Of a stretch of DNA of 38,420 bases, positions 27,045 to 37,863 are shown in pieces. Source of the stretch: Nitrospinaceae bacterium (GTDB taxonomy: Bacteria; Nitrospinota; Nitrospinia; Nitrospinales; VA-1); contig JBHHVU010000029.1 in NCBI GenBank assembly GCA_046754465.1, positions 1-38,420 of the forward strand, given 5' to 3'. Below the pieces are notes generated by a model, which had not been told where the DNA came from, made no database searches, and saw nothing but the letters and a program-made list of their open reading frames with translations. A program made the translations under genes and the position numbers. Every line of letters starts with the position of its first letter. Position 1 is the first letter of the stretch.

Positions 27045-27872
27045 TCAGTTGTTTTTTATTCCATCCCCCGGCGTATTCCGGGCGCAGCGGAAACCGACCG
27101 TCTTGCTTCTCAAGGAGGGGACGGTCGCGTTGCGGTAGGTCATGGCCACGTCTTCCGCGTGGTTTCTCCAGTTGCCGCCGCGGATGACCTTATATTTCCC
27201 GCGTTCCGGTCCCCGCGGATTTTTTTTGGGCGAAATGATGTAGTATTCGGGGAAATGCCAGTCGTACACCCATTCCGATACATTGCCCGCGAGATCATAA
27301 ACTCCGTAATCGGATTTGCCCGCCTCGTAGGATTTCACCGGCACGGTTTTCTTGATTTCTTCGTTGAAGTTGAGCCGGGTGCTGTCGGGTGCGTCGTTGC
27401 CCCAGGGATATTCGATGATCCGTTGGCCCCGCGAGGCTTTTTCCCATTCCGCCTCGGTGGGGAGCCGTTTGCCGGACCATTGGCAATATTTTTCCGCTTC
27501 CTTCCATGAAACCCCAACGACGGGCTGCCGCGGACCGTTGAAGTCCGGATTCTGGGTGAAGGCCGGTTCGCGGGCGCCGGTGGCTTTCACATAAGCCAGG
27601 TATTCGGCATTGGTGGTTTCATGAATATCGATGTAAAAGGCATCGACATACACCTTGTGGGCGGGGTTTTCCGGTCCCAGCGCGTGGCGGTCGGCATTCA
27701 GGACATCGCCGGGATTTAGCTCCATCAGGGAACGCCTGTTTCCCATTTCGTAAACCCCTCCCGGGATCAAAACCATTCCGTCCTTGATTGAATTTTCATT
27801 TTCGGATTTGGCGAAAGTACCGGAGGGGAGCAATCCCACAACCAAAATCAGAGTGGTGAGCCAAACTTTCAT
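27045..27872 (-). CDS. Exported formylglycine-generating enzyme (FGE-sulfatase/SUMF1) domain protein
   Basis: Signal peptide MKVWLTTLILVVGLL; RLPTEAEWEKASRG, YDLAGNVSEWV, RGGNW, GFRCA. Confidence 0.9.
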   Translation of the reverse strand: MKVWLTTLILVVGLLPSGTFAKSENENSIKDGMVLIPGGVYEMGNRRSLMELNPGDVLNADRHALGPENPAHKVYVDAFYIDIHETTNAEYLAYVKATGAREPAFTQNPDFNGPRQPVVGVSWKEAEKYCQWSGKRLPTEAEWEKASRGQRIIEYPWGNDAPDSTRLNFNEEIKKTVPVKSYEAGKSDYGVYDLAGNVSEWVYDWHFPEYYIISPKKNPRGPERGKYKVIRGGNWRNHAEDVAMTYRNATVPSLRSKTVGFRCARNTPGDGIKNN

Positions 27873-28046
27873 TCTGCCTTCTCCAAGGGTTCTGTTCATG
27901 GAAATCAAAAGTTGAAAAATTATAGGGAAATCGGTTTTTGATATCAATCTCATTCCATAATGCCACAAAATGGGGCAACGCGTTTCCAAAAATCGGAACT
28001 TTTCTCCCCCGTTGATGGAGAATTTGTACCGAATCGGGTTTGAGGA

Positions 28047-28096
28047 TTGACACTTTATTTTTCAAGGTATAGAATTTTTATATACCTTGAATAATA
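28047..28096 (+). promoter_or_regulatory. sigma70 promoter overlapped by a long palindromic operator
   Basis: TTGACA(28047)-17bp-TAGAAT(28070); IR arms 28056-28071 and 28081-28096 match 15/16. Confidence 0.7.
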
Positions 28097-28145
28097 GCTT
28101 TTGGTAAAAAGCCTCGGCCGGGATTGATTCAGGACCCTTCCCCTT

Positions 28146-28544
28146 ATGGACAAACCAAAAAAAGAAACCCTTTTGAACCAGAATCCCGAAGCGAGGCTGT
28201 GCCTGAACTGTGGTTTCCCCAACCGCAATACCGATTCCCATTGCATGTATTGTCAAGCCAGTCTCGTGGAAGACGCCAGTTTGTTTTCCTGGATTCGCCA
28301 GACATACTATATTCTCCGCTGGCGCTGGCAGCTCAAACAAAGGCGCGCCCACCTTCACCGCGAGCCCCGGATGTCTTTTTTGAAGGGGATCGGTTTCTTT
28401 GTTTTGGGCGTGTTTTTGAGTGGCGTGGGACTCTATGTGTTTACCGATGCCGTGGGCAGCAATTCCTTTTCCAAGGGTTTGATCGCCATCCTTTTCCTGT
28501 TTTACGGGATTTTCACTCTCAAGGCCCTGGTTGCAAAAAAATAA
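28146..28544 (+). CDS. Zinc-ribbon protein with two C-terminal TM helices
   Basis: CLNC...CMYC followed by two hydrophobic segments. Confidence 0.75.
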   Translation: MDKPKKETLLNQNPEARLCLNCGFPNRNTDSHCMYCQASLVEDASLFSWIRQTYYILRWRWQLKQRRAHLHREPRMSFLKGIGFFVLGVFLSGVGLYVFTDAVGSNSFSKGLIAILFLFYGIFTLKALVAKK

Positions 28545-28551
28545 GTCCGGT

Positions 28552-29367
28552 TCATCGCTCATCGATTTCCGCGATGATCCTGAGTGGAGCCCCGCTGCCT
28601 TTACCGATTTTCATGGGAAGGGCGGTCACGCGGAGTCCTTTCGCGGGCAGTTCCGATAAATGACAGAGATTCTCGAATCCGGGAATATTGGCTTTCCCGA
28701 AAACCCGGTGGGCGATAAAATCGCGGGAAAGTCCATAATCCAGGCTGGGCGTGTCGAGTCCCACCGCGGCGATTTTTCTTTCGTGAGCCAGAAACCGGGC
28801 CGCCGTCTCCCCGAATCCGGGGAAATGCAGGTTCTTCACGTCACCCGGCCGGCCGGTTCCCAGGTATTTCTCTTTGTCGGGCCAGAAGGCTTCCCAACCG
28901 GTCAGGACAAGAACGATGGTATTCCCGGGAATCCGCCCGTGGAATTTTTCCCACTCCAGAAAATCCTCCTTGCCGATCAGATAATCCGGATGGGTCCCGG
29001 TTTTTCCGCGGACATCCACAACGATGGCAGGTCCCACGAGGCGGCGGAGGGGAATGTCATCCACGTGCCATTTTCCCTTGGCGAAATGAGCCGGAGCGTC
29101 GAGATGGGTTCCGCCATGCTCCGACCCGCTAAGGTTATTCGATTCGTACCAGTATCCCCCGGGGGTGAAACCTTCGTGTACTTTTTCCAGGTGAAACGGT
29201 TCATTCGTGGGCCAATAAATCGTGGATTCATCAAAGGGATGAGTCAAATCGACCAGGCGCGTTTGGGCGAAGGCTTCACCGGAACCCATCGCCATAAAAA
29301 TTCGCGTCAGGCAGCATCCGATCAAAACCGGGATGAAAAGAACCGCTTGTTTTTTTTCATTTTTCAT
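28552..29367 (-). CDS. Cyclase family (kynurenine formamidase-like) metal hydrolase, probably exported
   Basis: VDLTHPF, EHGGTHLDAPAHF, GLDTPSLD, FENL, GSGAPLRIIA. Confidence 0.9.
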   Translation of the reverse strand: MKNEKKQAVLFIPVLIGCCLTRIFMAMGSGEAFAQTRLVDLTHPFDESTIYWPTNEPFHLEKVHEGFTPGGYWYESNNLSGSEHGGTHLDAPAHFAKGKWHVDDIPLRRLVGPAIVVDVRGKTGTHPDYLIGKEDFLEWEKFHGRIPGNTIVLVLTGWEAFWPDKEKYLGTGRPGDVKNLHFPGFGETAARFLAHERKIAAVGLDTPSLDYGLSRDFIAHRVFGKANIPGFENLCHLSELPAKGLRVTALPMKIGKGSGAPLRIIAEIDER

Positions 29368-29474
29368 GTCCGTTCCTGTTTTGAAGGATTTTGGAAACTA
29401 TTCGTGGGGAATGTTTTAAACGAGAAAAAGGTGTATGCTTAATATAGCATGATAATTTGGAGGAAGTGGACCCC

Positions 29475-31964
29475 ATGAACCTGACAAAAACATCGGAAAC
29501 CCAGACCCTTCGCTTGCCCGTGAAGGGAATGAGTTGCGCGAGTTGTTCCTCCCGGATAGAAAAGAAGGTGGGTGAACTGGAAGGGGTGGAAACGGCCAGC
29601 GTCAATTTCGGAGCCGAACTGGCGACGGTGGAATGGGATCCGCAAAAGGTTTCCCCGGCCGAAATTTCGGAGACCATTGAGAAACTCGGATTCGAGGTCC
29701 CCCGTGTCCGGCGGATTTTTCCGGTGGAGGGAATGACCTGCGCCTCGTGCGTTTCCCGCGTGGAGAAAAAGCTTTCACAACTCGAGGGGGTTTTGGATGT
29801 CCAGGTCAACCTGGCCACCGAGAAAGCCGCCCTGGAATACCTGCCCTCCCTGATCGGTTTCAAGGATTTCCAATCCGCCCTGACTGGAATGGGTTATACC
29901 CTTCTTCCCGGCGAAGAGGTGAGGGGGGCGGAAGAGGAAGAGGAGCGGCATGCGAGGGAAATGGAAGGCTTGAAAACTCGATTTGTGGTCAGCGCGGTTG
30001 CCGCCGGGGTCATAATATTGAGTGGAATCGGGCCGGGGGTCCCGTTTTTGCCCTCAAAAGGCTCGCCTTTTTTTGACCTTTGGCTGTTTGCCCTGGCAAC
30101 CCCCGTTCAGTTTTGGGCCGGCTGGCGATTCTACCGGGGAACCTGGGCCGGAATCCAGCACGGCTACGCCGACATGAACACCCTGATCGCGGTGGGCACC
30201 ACGGCGGCTTATTTTTACAGCGTATTCGCGACCTTTTTTCCCGGCACGCTCGAGTCGCTGGGCCAGGCGGGAGTCGTTTATTACGACACCTCCGTCACGA
30301 TCATCGCCCTGGTGCTGATGGGCCGGTGGTTCGAGGCGCGGGCCAAAAGCCGCGCTTCCGATGCGATCAAAAAATTGATCGGCCTGCAACCCAAAACCGC
30401 CCGCGTGGAACGCGAGGGTGAGGAAAAGGAAATCCTGATCGCGGAAGTGGTGCGGGGCGATATCGTCATCGTCCGGCCCGGGGAAAAGATTCCCGTCGAT
30501 GGAACGATCCTGGAAGGCTCCACCGCTGTCGACGAATCGATGATCACCGGAGAGAGCATTCCCGTCGAGAAAAAATCAGGTGATGATGTGGTTGGGGCCA
30601 GTATCAACAAGACCGGGTATTTCAAAATGCGGGCCGTCCGCCTGGGGAAAGATTCTGTCCTGTCGCAGATCATCAAACTGATCGAAGAGGCCCAGGGGTC
30701 CAAGGCGCCGGTGCAAAGGCTGGCGGACCGGGTGGCGGGGGTCTTCGTGCCTGCGGTCATTCTGGTGGCCCTGGTGGCGTTTGGTTTCTGGTGGGCCTTT
30801 GGCGCATCGGTCATTGCCTTGCCCGTGCCTTCTTTTCTCTTCGGGCTGATGATATTCATTTCCGTCCTGATAATCGCCTGCCCCTGCGCCCTGGGCCTGG
30901 CCACTCCCACGGCGATCATGGTGGGGACCGGCAAAGGGGCCGAACTGGGAATCCTGATCAAGGGCGGGGAAACCCTCGAACAAGTCCAGAAACTAGATAC
31001 GATCCTCTTCGATAAAACGGGAACCCTTACTTGGGGAGAGCCCCAGGTTACCGACGTTTTTTTGGATTCCCAGACCGATGTTTCGGTGGACCGTCTGGTC
31101 GGCCTCGCGGCATCGCTCGAAAAGGGATCGGAACATCCCTTGGGGCAGGCCATCGTCCAGGAGGCGGCCAGGAGAAACCTGAAACTGACTTCCATTGCCG
31201 AGTTTCGGACCCGGCCCGGTTTTGGTGTGCAAGGGGAAGTGGAAGGGATGAAGGTCGCCGTGGGAAACTTGAAGCTCATGGAAGAGGACGGCGTGGAAAT
31301 CTCCGGACTGAAAGACCGCATCGGAGAAATGGCCCGCCAGGGGAAGACCCCTATGGTCCTCGCCATCGATAAAAAAGCCGTGGGGATCATCGCTGCCGCC
31401 GATACGGTTCGGCCTAATGCCCGGGAAGTGGTGGAACGGTTGCAAAGAATGGGTCTGGAAGTGATCATGATTACCGGGGATAATTCACACACCGCCCAAG
31501 CCATCGGCAGGCAACTCCATATCGACCGGGTTCTCTCCGAGGTCCTCCCCGCAGGAAAAGCCGAGGAGGTGGTCAAGCTCAAGCAGAAGGGCCGTTTTGT
31601 CGCCATGGTGGGAGACGGAATCAATGACGCTCCGGCATTGGCCCAGGCCCAAATCGGCATCGCCATCGGGTCGGGAACCGATGTCGCCATGGAGGCCTCG
31701 GACATCACCCTGATGACACACGACCTGCACGCGGTGGCCAATGCCATCGAATTGAGTAAAAAAACCATGAGCAAGATCCGGCAAAACCTGTTTTGGGCGT
31801 TTTTCTATAATTGCCTGGGGATTCCCATCGCCGCGGGCGTGCTTTACCCGTTTTATGGAATCCTTCTCAAACCGTTATTCGCCGCCGCGGCCATGTCCTT
31901 CAGTTCGGTCTCCGTGGTCAGCAACTCCCTGCTACTGAAACGATTTAAACCCGAACGATCCTGA
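29475..31964 (+). CDS. copA: Cu(I)-translocating P1B-type ATPase
   Basis: Two GMxCASC HMA domains, [33 protein letters not shown]...MSFSS. Confidence 0.96.
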   Translation: MNLTKTSETQTLRLPVKGMSCASCSSRIEKKVGELEGVETASVNFGAELATVEWDPQKVSPAEISETIEKLGFEVPRVRRIFPVEGMTCASCVSRVEKKLSQLEGVLDVQVNLATEKAALEYLPSLIGFKDFQSALTGMGYTLLPGEEVRGAEEEEERHAREMEGLKTRFVVSAVAAGVIILSGIGPGVPFLPSKGSPFFDLWLFALATPVQFWAGWRFYRGTWAGIQHGYADMNTLIAVGTTAAYFYSVFATFFPGTLESLGQAGVVYYDTSVTIIALVLMGRWFEARAKSRASDAIKKLIGLQPKTARVEREGEEKEILIAEVVRGDIVIVRPGEKIPVDGTILEGSTAVDESMITGESIPVEKKSGDDVVGASINKTGYFKMRAVRLGKDSVLSQIIKLIEEAQGSKAPVQRLADRVAGVFVPAVILVALVAFGFWWAFGASVIALPVPSFLFGLMIFISVLIIACPCALGLATPTAIMVGTGKGAELGILIKGGETLEQVQKLDTILFDKTGTLTWGEPQVTDVFLDSQTDVSVDRLVGLAASLEKGSEHPLGQAIVQEAARRNLKLTSIAEFRTRPGFGVQGEVEGMKVAVGNLKLMEEDGVEISGLKDRIGEMARQGKTPMVLAIDKKAVGIIAAADTVRPNAREVVERLQRMGLEVIMITGDNSHTAQAIGRQLHIDRVLSEVLPAGKAEEVVKLKQKGRFVAMVGDGINDAPALAQAQIGIAIGSGTDVAMEASDITLMTHDLHAVANAIELSKKTMSKIRQNLFWAFFYNCLGIPIAAGVLYPFYGILLKPLFAAAAMSFSSVSVVSNSLLLKRFKPERS

Positions 31965-31985
31965 CGATATTCCTTTCGGATTAAC

Positions 31986-32603
31986 ATGGATCCTCATTAC
32001 GAAACTCTCAACCTGAAACCGGGGGCGGCCTGGGAGGAAGTCAGGCAGGCCTACCGTGACCTGGTCAAGTTCTGGCATCCCGACCGTTTTCCTTCCGTAC
32101 CTTCCGGCCTTCAGCAACTGGCGACCCGAAAACTCAAGGAAATCAACGCGGCTTATGGGGAAATCGAGAAATCTTTCTCTTCCCGGGGCGAGATTTTGTC
32201 GTCCTCCGCACCGCCTCCACCGCCGGTAAAACCTTCGGTGGCAAGGCGGGAACAGGTGTCCTGGTCCTGGCCCAACGGTGACCGGTACGAGGGGGAAACC
32301 CGGAAGGGACTCATGCACGGTCGGGGGACCTATTATTATTCCCGGGGCGGCAGGTACGAAGGCGAGTTTGAAAACGGCAAACCCCATGGCCGGGGAACGC
32401 TGTTTTACACCACGGGAGACGTCTTTGACGGGGAATTCAGGTCCGATACCATCGAGGGCCGGGGGACCTATTCTTACGCTAACGGGGATAAATTCATCGG
32501 CTGGTTTCAGCAAGGCCAACCGCATGGCCGTGGATGCTATGTCCTTGCCAACGGCAAGCAATTCACCGGTCATTGGGACAACGGAGATTTTCTGGGCGAA
32601 TGA
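31986..32603 (+). CDS. DnaJ-domain plus MORN-repeat protein
   Basis: HYETLNL..AYRDLVKFWHPD..EINAAY; repeated YEGE..G..HGRGT.Y. Confidence 0.9.
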   Translation: MDPHYETLNLKPGAAWEEVRQAYRDLVKFWHPDRFPSVPSGLQQLATRKLKEINAAYGEIEKSFSSRGEILSSSAPPPPPVKPSVARREQVSWSWPNGDRYEGETRKGLMHGRGTYYYSRGGRYEGEFENGKPHGRGTLFYTTGDVFDGEFRSDTIEGRGTYSYANGDKFIGWFQQGQPHGRGCYVLANGKQFTGHWDNGDFLGE

Positions 32604-33856
32604 CCCGGCTCCCCAAAAAAACACCCACGAAGTATTTCTTTTTTTCCCTGATAGTGACGATCCTTTTTTTCGCATTATTGGAAGGGTTTCTCCGTCTCAT
32701 CGGTTACCAGCCCAAATTGCGGTTTCATGCCTTTGAGCTTCCATCCTGGTTCACCGGCCTGGACCCGGTGGTTCTTGAAAGCTATAAAGAGCATTTGTTG
32801 AGTCAGGGATTCGTCAATGAAGATGTTTACGCTTATCGTCCGGATCCCGAACTGGGTTACCTTTTAAAGCCCAACATCCGTCTCACCGTCCGCAACTATT
32901 CTTCCGCTTTGCTGGTGGATAAAATGCCGCCCTGGACCCTCGTTTCCGGTCCGGAAGGATTCCGGATGAGCGGCAAGACTTCTCCTGACCCTCCCGCCGG
33001 TGGGAAATCCTATCGCACCCTCCATGTTCTGGGAGATTCCAGCAGTTTTGGCTGGGGTGTGGAATACCGGGAAACCTATGGTTATGTTTTGCGGGAAACG
33101 CTGAATCGGGCCCTTCCAAAGGATTCGCGGTTTTTCCGATTGGAAAACCATTCCATGCCGGGGTTTACCTCCTTCCAGGGCCGCCGGCTGCTGGGGCGGC
33201 TCCACAACGTTGGACCGGGGGATTGGGTTCTGGTCTCCTTTGGGTGGAACGATTCCTATCCTTCGCGGGATTCCGACCGGGTCCGGTTTGAAAAAAGCCA
33301 TTCTCCGATGGGACGGCTGCATTGGCGCTTGAGCCATTTTCTGGTTTTCAGAGCGATGGAATCGTTCTGGATCGGGCTTGGGGATGGCGGAAATGCCGGT
33401 TCTTCTCCAGCCGGGACGCGGGTCGATTTGAAGGAATATCGGGAAAACCTGGACGCCATTTTCGCGGCGGTCAAAGAGCGAGGCGCCCGTCCGGTTTTTA
33501 TCAGTGTATGCAATTTTTACGAATTCCCGAAAGCCGCCCGTTCAGCCGCGAGGGCCTCCGGAACTCCGTTTATTGATATTCCCCGTCAATTGAAACCCTA
33601 TCTGTCCACGGTGGCAGACCGGTTTCCAGAAAAATTCGTGGCCTATTTCGACAGTTATGGGGATTTGATGGAGAAAAACGAATCGCTGGTGTTTCTTTTT
33701 CCCGACAATTGCCATCCCAACGCTATCGGGCACCACTTAATGGGAGAGGTCTTGTTTGAAGTCCTTCGCAAGGAAATGGGGTTGGGATTGAAAGTTCCGG
33801 GAATACCGGAGGGAGCCGGATTGGGAAACGGTCATTCCTTCGACGCCGGCAAGTGA
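32600..33856 (+). CDS. Membrane-anchored SGNH/GDSL hydrolase
   Basis: N-terminal TM, LGDSSSFGWG, PGFTSFQG, FGWND, DNCHPN; ATGA overlap with the previous gene. Confidence 0.85.
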   Translation: MTRLPKKTPTKYFFFSLIVTILFFALLEGFLRLIGYQPKLRFHAFELPSWFTGLDPVVLESYKEHLLSQGFVNEDVYAYRPDPELGYLLKPNIRLTVRNYSSALLVDKMPPWTLVSGPEGFRMSGKTSPDPPAGGKSYRTLHVLGDSSSFGWGVEYRETYGYVLRETLNRALPKDSRFFRLENHSMPGFTSFQGRRLLGRLHNVGPGDWVLVSFGWNDSYPSRDSDRVRFEKSHSPMGRLHWRLSHFLVFRAMESFWIGLGDGGNAGSSPAGTRVDLKEYRENLDAIFAAVKERGARPVFISVCNFYEFPKAARSAARASGTPFIDIPRQLKPYLSTVADRFPEKFVAYFDSYGDLMEKNESLVFLFPDNCHPNAIGHHLMGEVLFEVLRKEMGLGLKVPGIPEGAGLGNGHSFDAGK

Positions 33857-34777
33857 ATCGATGAGCGCGATTCCTTTTTCGGGTCCCAGTACGAAGACGG
33901 CGGTGGCGAGGGCATCGGCGTCCATCACGCTGCCCGCGATCACCGTGGAGGAGATGGTCCCCCGCGCAGGCATGCCGTCCGCCGGATTGAGAATATGGTG
34001 ATAGCGGATATTTCCGAGCATGTAATATTTTTGATAGTCTCCAGAGGTGGCCACGGCCTGTCCGGAAAGATCGAACGAGGCGAGGATTCCGTCCGGGTTC
34101 CTGGGATGCTGCAACCCAATCCGCCAGGCGCGGTTCTTATCCCGCCTGCCGATGGCTTTCAAGTCTCCCCCCGCGTTGATCAGGGCATTTTGAATTCCGG
34201 ATTTTTCAAGGACGGCCACCGCCCGGTCCACGGCGTATCCCTTGGCGATCGCTCCAAGCTGAAGTGCCATGTGGGGCCGGGCCAGGCGAATCCGTGAGCC
34301 TTCGATCTGGATATCCCGGTATCCCACCCGTTTTACCGCACCGGCCAGCGCCCCGGCATCGGGAACGATATGGCGCCCCTCGTCGAATTGCCAGAGGTCC
34401 ATGACGGGTCCGATGGTAATATCCATGGCGCCGCCGGACCGCTTTCCCCAGTAAATGCCCCTTTGCACCACGGCCATTACCTCGGACGAGACGTCGATGA
34501 AATCCCTGCCCGCCGCGGCGTTCAGACGGGAAACTTCCGATTCTGGAAGCCTCGGACTCAATAATTTTTCCAGCCGGCCTATTTCATCGAATGCCCGGCC
34601 GATGGCTTGCCGTGCCCGTTCCGGGTCCCGGTCCACGGCCGTGATTTCCACCAGGGTCCCCATCAAAAACCGGGTGCGGCGGTGAAGGTCGTTCTCCTGT
34701 GAACGGCAGGCGAACCCCGAAAGTACAAGAAGTATGAGAAATCCCAGGGGACAGAATTTTTTCCAAAGCGGCGTCAT
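33737..34777 (-). CDS. apbE: FAD:protein FMN transferase (ApbE) lipoprotein
   Basis: Lipobox GFAC, LMGT, LGAIAKGYAVD, NAGGD, ATSGDY, YHHILNP, ADALAT. Confidence 0.93.
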   Translation of the reverse strand: MTPLWKKFCPLGFLILLVLSGFACRSQENDLHRRTRFLMGTLVEITAVDRDPERARQAIGRAFDEIGRLEKLLSPRLPESEVSRLNAAAGRDFIDVSSEVMAVVQRGIYWGKRSGGAMDITIGPVMDLWQFDEGRHIVPDAGALAGAVKRVGYRDIQIEGSRIRLARPHMALQLGAIAKGYAVDRAVAVLEKSGIQNALINAGGDLKAIGRRDKNRAWRIGLQHPRNPDGILASFDLSGQAVATSGDYQKYYMLGNIRYHHILNPADGMPARGTISSTVIAGSVMDADALATAVFVLGPEKGIALIDSLAGVEGMTVSQSGSLRYSRNFQSQPHFLAKDFKQDLSH

Positions 34778-34928
34778 GGCGTTGAGGGATCTGGCGGAAC
34801 TTTCTTTTAAATTTAAAGGATCCCATTGGTTTGGTGAGATCCTTGGGTTCAGGGAGCAGTCGGCGTTCATCCGCTGATGAGAACCTCAGCCGAGGTTGGG
34901 AAGATGGAACCGTGTCTGGAAGGACGGA

Positions 34929-36683
34929 TCAGCGGTCGAATTCAGAGACCAACACCTCCCGGTTGTAGGCGGCGACCACATCGCCCCGGTTGACCATGCC
35001 AATGACTTCCCGGGAATGATCCTGCTTGACGACGGGGAGCTGCTCGACATCCAGTTTGGCGAAAAGTTCCATAGCTTCATTGAGATTGTTCTCCGGTTTC
35101 AGCACCAGGACCTTTCTGGTGGCCAACTCGCTGGCGATGACCAGATCCTCTAATCCTTCCTCGAAAATCATCTCCCGAATGTCATTGAAGGAAAGGATGC
35201 TCGTCATTTCGCCCTGGCGGTTGGTGACCGGAAAATAAAAATTCTTGGAGTAGGAGATGGTCTCCAGAATTTTCCGGAAAGGCATTTCCTCGGGAATGCT
35301 AGTCACGTCGGTATTCATGACATCCTTCACCTTGATGTTGTCGAGGATGGAGGCTTCGCGTCCGTGCTGGATGTTGATGCCTTTTTTCAACAGATACTGG
35401 ATATAAAAGGAGGGTCCGGAGATGCCCCGATGAGTGTACGCCGCGACGATGCAGGCGATCATGACCGGGAGGATCAAGGTGTAATCGTTGGTCAGTTCAA
35501 AAAGCATCAGGATATTGGTCAAGGGAGCTTGAAGGAGGGCTCCGGCCAGGGCTCCCATTCCCACCACGGCGTATGTTCCCGGGGTGGCGGTGATATCGGG
35601 GAACATCGCATGAATGCCGGTTCCAAACACGGTGCCCACCATGGCGCCAACGAAAAGCGAAGGCGCGAAAATTCCCCCAAACCCCCCGGAACCCAGGGTG
35701 AGAGCCGTCGCGACGATTTTCATGAAAACCAAGACTAACGCCAGTTGCCAAACCATGTTTCCGGCCAATGCCTCTTCCATGAAATTGTAACCGTTTCCCA
35801 GAACCTGCGGCAGGAAAATGGATATGATCCCGACGAGCAGACCCCCTAAAGCGGGTTTCATGATTTCCGGCAATTTGATTTTTTCTTCGAACCAAATGTG
35901 GCTGTTTAAATAAGTGTCGGTAAACAGACGTGAGATCAACCCGCATGCCAGTCCCAGTCCCAGGTAAAAAATAATTTCCGTGTAGCTCACCAGTTGATGA
36001 ACGGGCAGGTGGAAGGTGATGTGATTCCCTATTAAAGCTTGGGCGGTGACCGTTCCTATGACGGAGGCGATAATGATGGGACTGAAGGTGTGGATAGTAA
36101 AGTCCCCAAGAATGATTTCCAATGCGAAAAGAACGCCTGCCAGGGGCGCATTGAAGGAGGCGGCGATTCCCCCCGCCGCGCCGCATCCCACCAAAACCTG
36201 GGTGCGTTCCATGGAGAAGTTGAACATATTTCCCATCCAGGACCCAAGGGCGGAACCGATCTGAACCGTGGGGCCTTCCCGGCCCGCCGAGCCCCCAGAC
36301 CCGATCGTAATGGCCGAGGTGGCCGCGCTGGTCAAAATGGTATGTTTGCGGATTTTTCCGCCCTTCAAGGCTACCGCTTGAATCACCCTGTGGACGCCGT
36401 TTTCCTGCACGGCGTTGGGGAAAAAATAACAGATCCCCCCGATGACCCACCCCCCTATCATTGGGAAAAAGGGCAGCAGAAAGGGAAATACGGCGAGGGG
36501 AATTCCCAGGGAGACCAGACTGGGTTCGGAAAATATGTTGTCGATGAAGCGGATCATCCATCGGAACAGGGTGGCTGCTATTCCTGCCAAGAACCCGATC
36601 ACAGCGGCGAGAACCAACAGGTTATGGTTCTTCATCAAAAAGGATTTTATCCAATCTCTAATCTGGTCTTTTTTCAAGGGCAT
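34929..36683 (-). CDS. ClC-family chloride channel/antiporter with CBS pair
   Basis: GSAGREGP, FNAPLAGVLFALE, GGIFAP, C-terminal CBS domains. Confidence 0.93.
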   Translation of the reverse strand: MPLKKDQIRDWIKSFLMKNHNLLVLAAVIGFLAGIAATLFRWMIRFIDNIFSEPSLVSLGIPLAVFPFLLPFFPMIGGWVIGGICYFFPNAVQENGVHRVIQAVALKGGKIRKHTILTSAATSAITIGSGGSAGREGPTVQIGSALGSWMGNMFNFSMERTQVLVGCGAAGGIAASFNAPLAGVLFALEIILGDFTIHTFSPIIIASVIGTVTAQALIGNHITFHLPVHQLVSYTEIIFYLGLGLACGLISRLFTDTYLNSHIWFEEKIKLPEIMKPALGGLLVGIISIFLPQVLGNGYNFMEEALAGNMVWQLALVLVFMKIVATALTLGSGGFGGIFAPSLFVGAMVGTVFGTGIHAMFPDITATPGTYAVVGMGALAGALLQAPLTNILMLFELTNDYTLILPVMIACIVAAYTHRGISGPSFYIQYLLKKGINIQHGREASILDNIKVKDVMNTDVTSIPEEMPFRKILETISYSKNFYFPVTNRQGEMTSILSFNDIREMIFEEGLEDLVIASELATRKVLVLKPENNLNEAMELFAKLDVEQLPVVKQDHSREVIGMVNRGDVVAAYNREVLVSEFDR

Positions 36684-36887
36684 GAATCGCGTTTCGCGGA
36701 ATCCGATTAAAATTTATTCATTATAAGGAAAGTAAGCTCCATTAACCAGTAAGAGTGTTAATCCTTGGGTAAAATCAACCGATATAAACATAGGCCGTTC
36801 GATTAGGATATTTCCTGGCCGTTGTGTTATTCTCGACTGCGATTTTTCAGGACGAATCCACCCACAATTTGAAATGAGGAACCGGAA

Positions 36888-37535
36888 ATGGTGAAAATTG
36901 CGCCTTCAATTCTTTCGGCGGATTTCAGTAAACTTGGGGATGAAGTCAAAGCCGTGGAACAGGCTGGGGCCGACTGGATTCATATCGACGTCATGGATGG
37001 TCATTTCGTCCCCAACCTCACCGTGGGGCCGATGGTGGTGGAATCGGTCCGCAAGGTGACCCAACTGCCCCTGGATGTTCATTTGATGATTGAATCCCCC
37101 GACCAATACATCAAGGATTTTGTCCAGGCCGGCGCGAATATTTTGACCGTCCACGTTGAAACCTGTCCCCATTTGAACCGGACCATTCAATACATCCAGG
37201 AACAGGGAGTTCGCGCCGGGGTCGTTCTCAATCCGTCCACCCCTCTTTCCAGCCTGGAAGAAATCCTTCATGATATCGATATGGTCTTGTTGATGTCCGT
37301 CAACCCGGGATTTGGCGGACAGGAGTTTATTCCCTCGATTCTCGATAAGGCCTCGAACCTGCGGGAAATTATGAATCATTACGACCACAAGTTCGACCTT
37401 GAGGTGGATGGCGGAATCAAAGTCGAGAATGCCGGGGATGTCAAGGAAACGGGAACCAATGTCTTGGTCGCCGGGTCGGCCATTTTCAAAAGCAAAGACT
37501 ATAAAAAAACGATCCAGCAACTGCGCGAGGCATGA
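36888..37535 (+). CDS. rpe: Ribulose-phosphate 3-epimerase
   Basis: IAPSILSADF, HIDVMDGHFVPN, DVHLM, MSVNPGFGGQ, VDGG, VAGSAIF. Confidence 0.98.
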   Translation: MVKIAPSILSADFSKLGDEVKAVEQAGADWIHIDVMDGHFVPNLTVGPMVVESVRKVTQLPLDVHLMIESPDQYIKDFVQAGANILTVHVETCPHLNRTIQYIQEQGVRAGVVLNPSTPLSSLEEILHDIDMVLLMSVNPGFGGQEFIPSILDKASNLREIMNHYDHKFDLEVDGGIKVENAGDVKETGTNVLVAGSAIFKSKDYKKTIQQLREA

Positions 37536-37863
37536 AAAGGATCCTGGAAAATTCGACCCTTTCCCCTGTTTCCAGTTACCGCCTGGAAACCTTCATCGTT
37601 ATCCGTTCTATTTTATAGGATCGCCGGAGCCCCTTCCGGGCCGGGTTCACAAGATTTTCCCTGGACCGGTAAAGTCCGTGCCCGGACCGCTTCCGTTTTC
37701 GCGATATTCTTGCTTTTTCTAAGTTTCCCGGTTATTTTTCTTGTAATTGTGAGTGGAAAAAGGCTAAACTTATTCATCTTGAATGATAGCTTAGGGTTAT
37801 AACCAAAATCGGGACGGGCGGCTTGCGTCCGGTCTTGGGAATTTTTTCTGGAGGGTTTATACC

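Noticed and set aside
30281..31774. 497-aa minus-strand ORF
   Set aside because: Typical antisense shadow of a P-type ATPase
34874..34910. Hammerhead-like CTGATGA followed by a hairpin
   Set aside because: The required CGAAA after stem II is absent (GGGAAG), and it is antisense to the flanking genes
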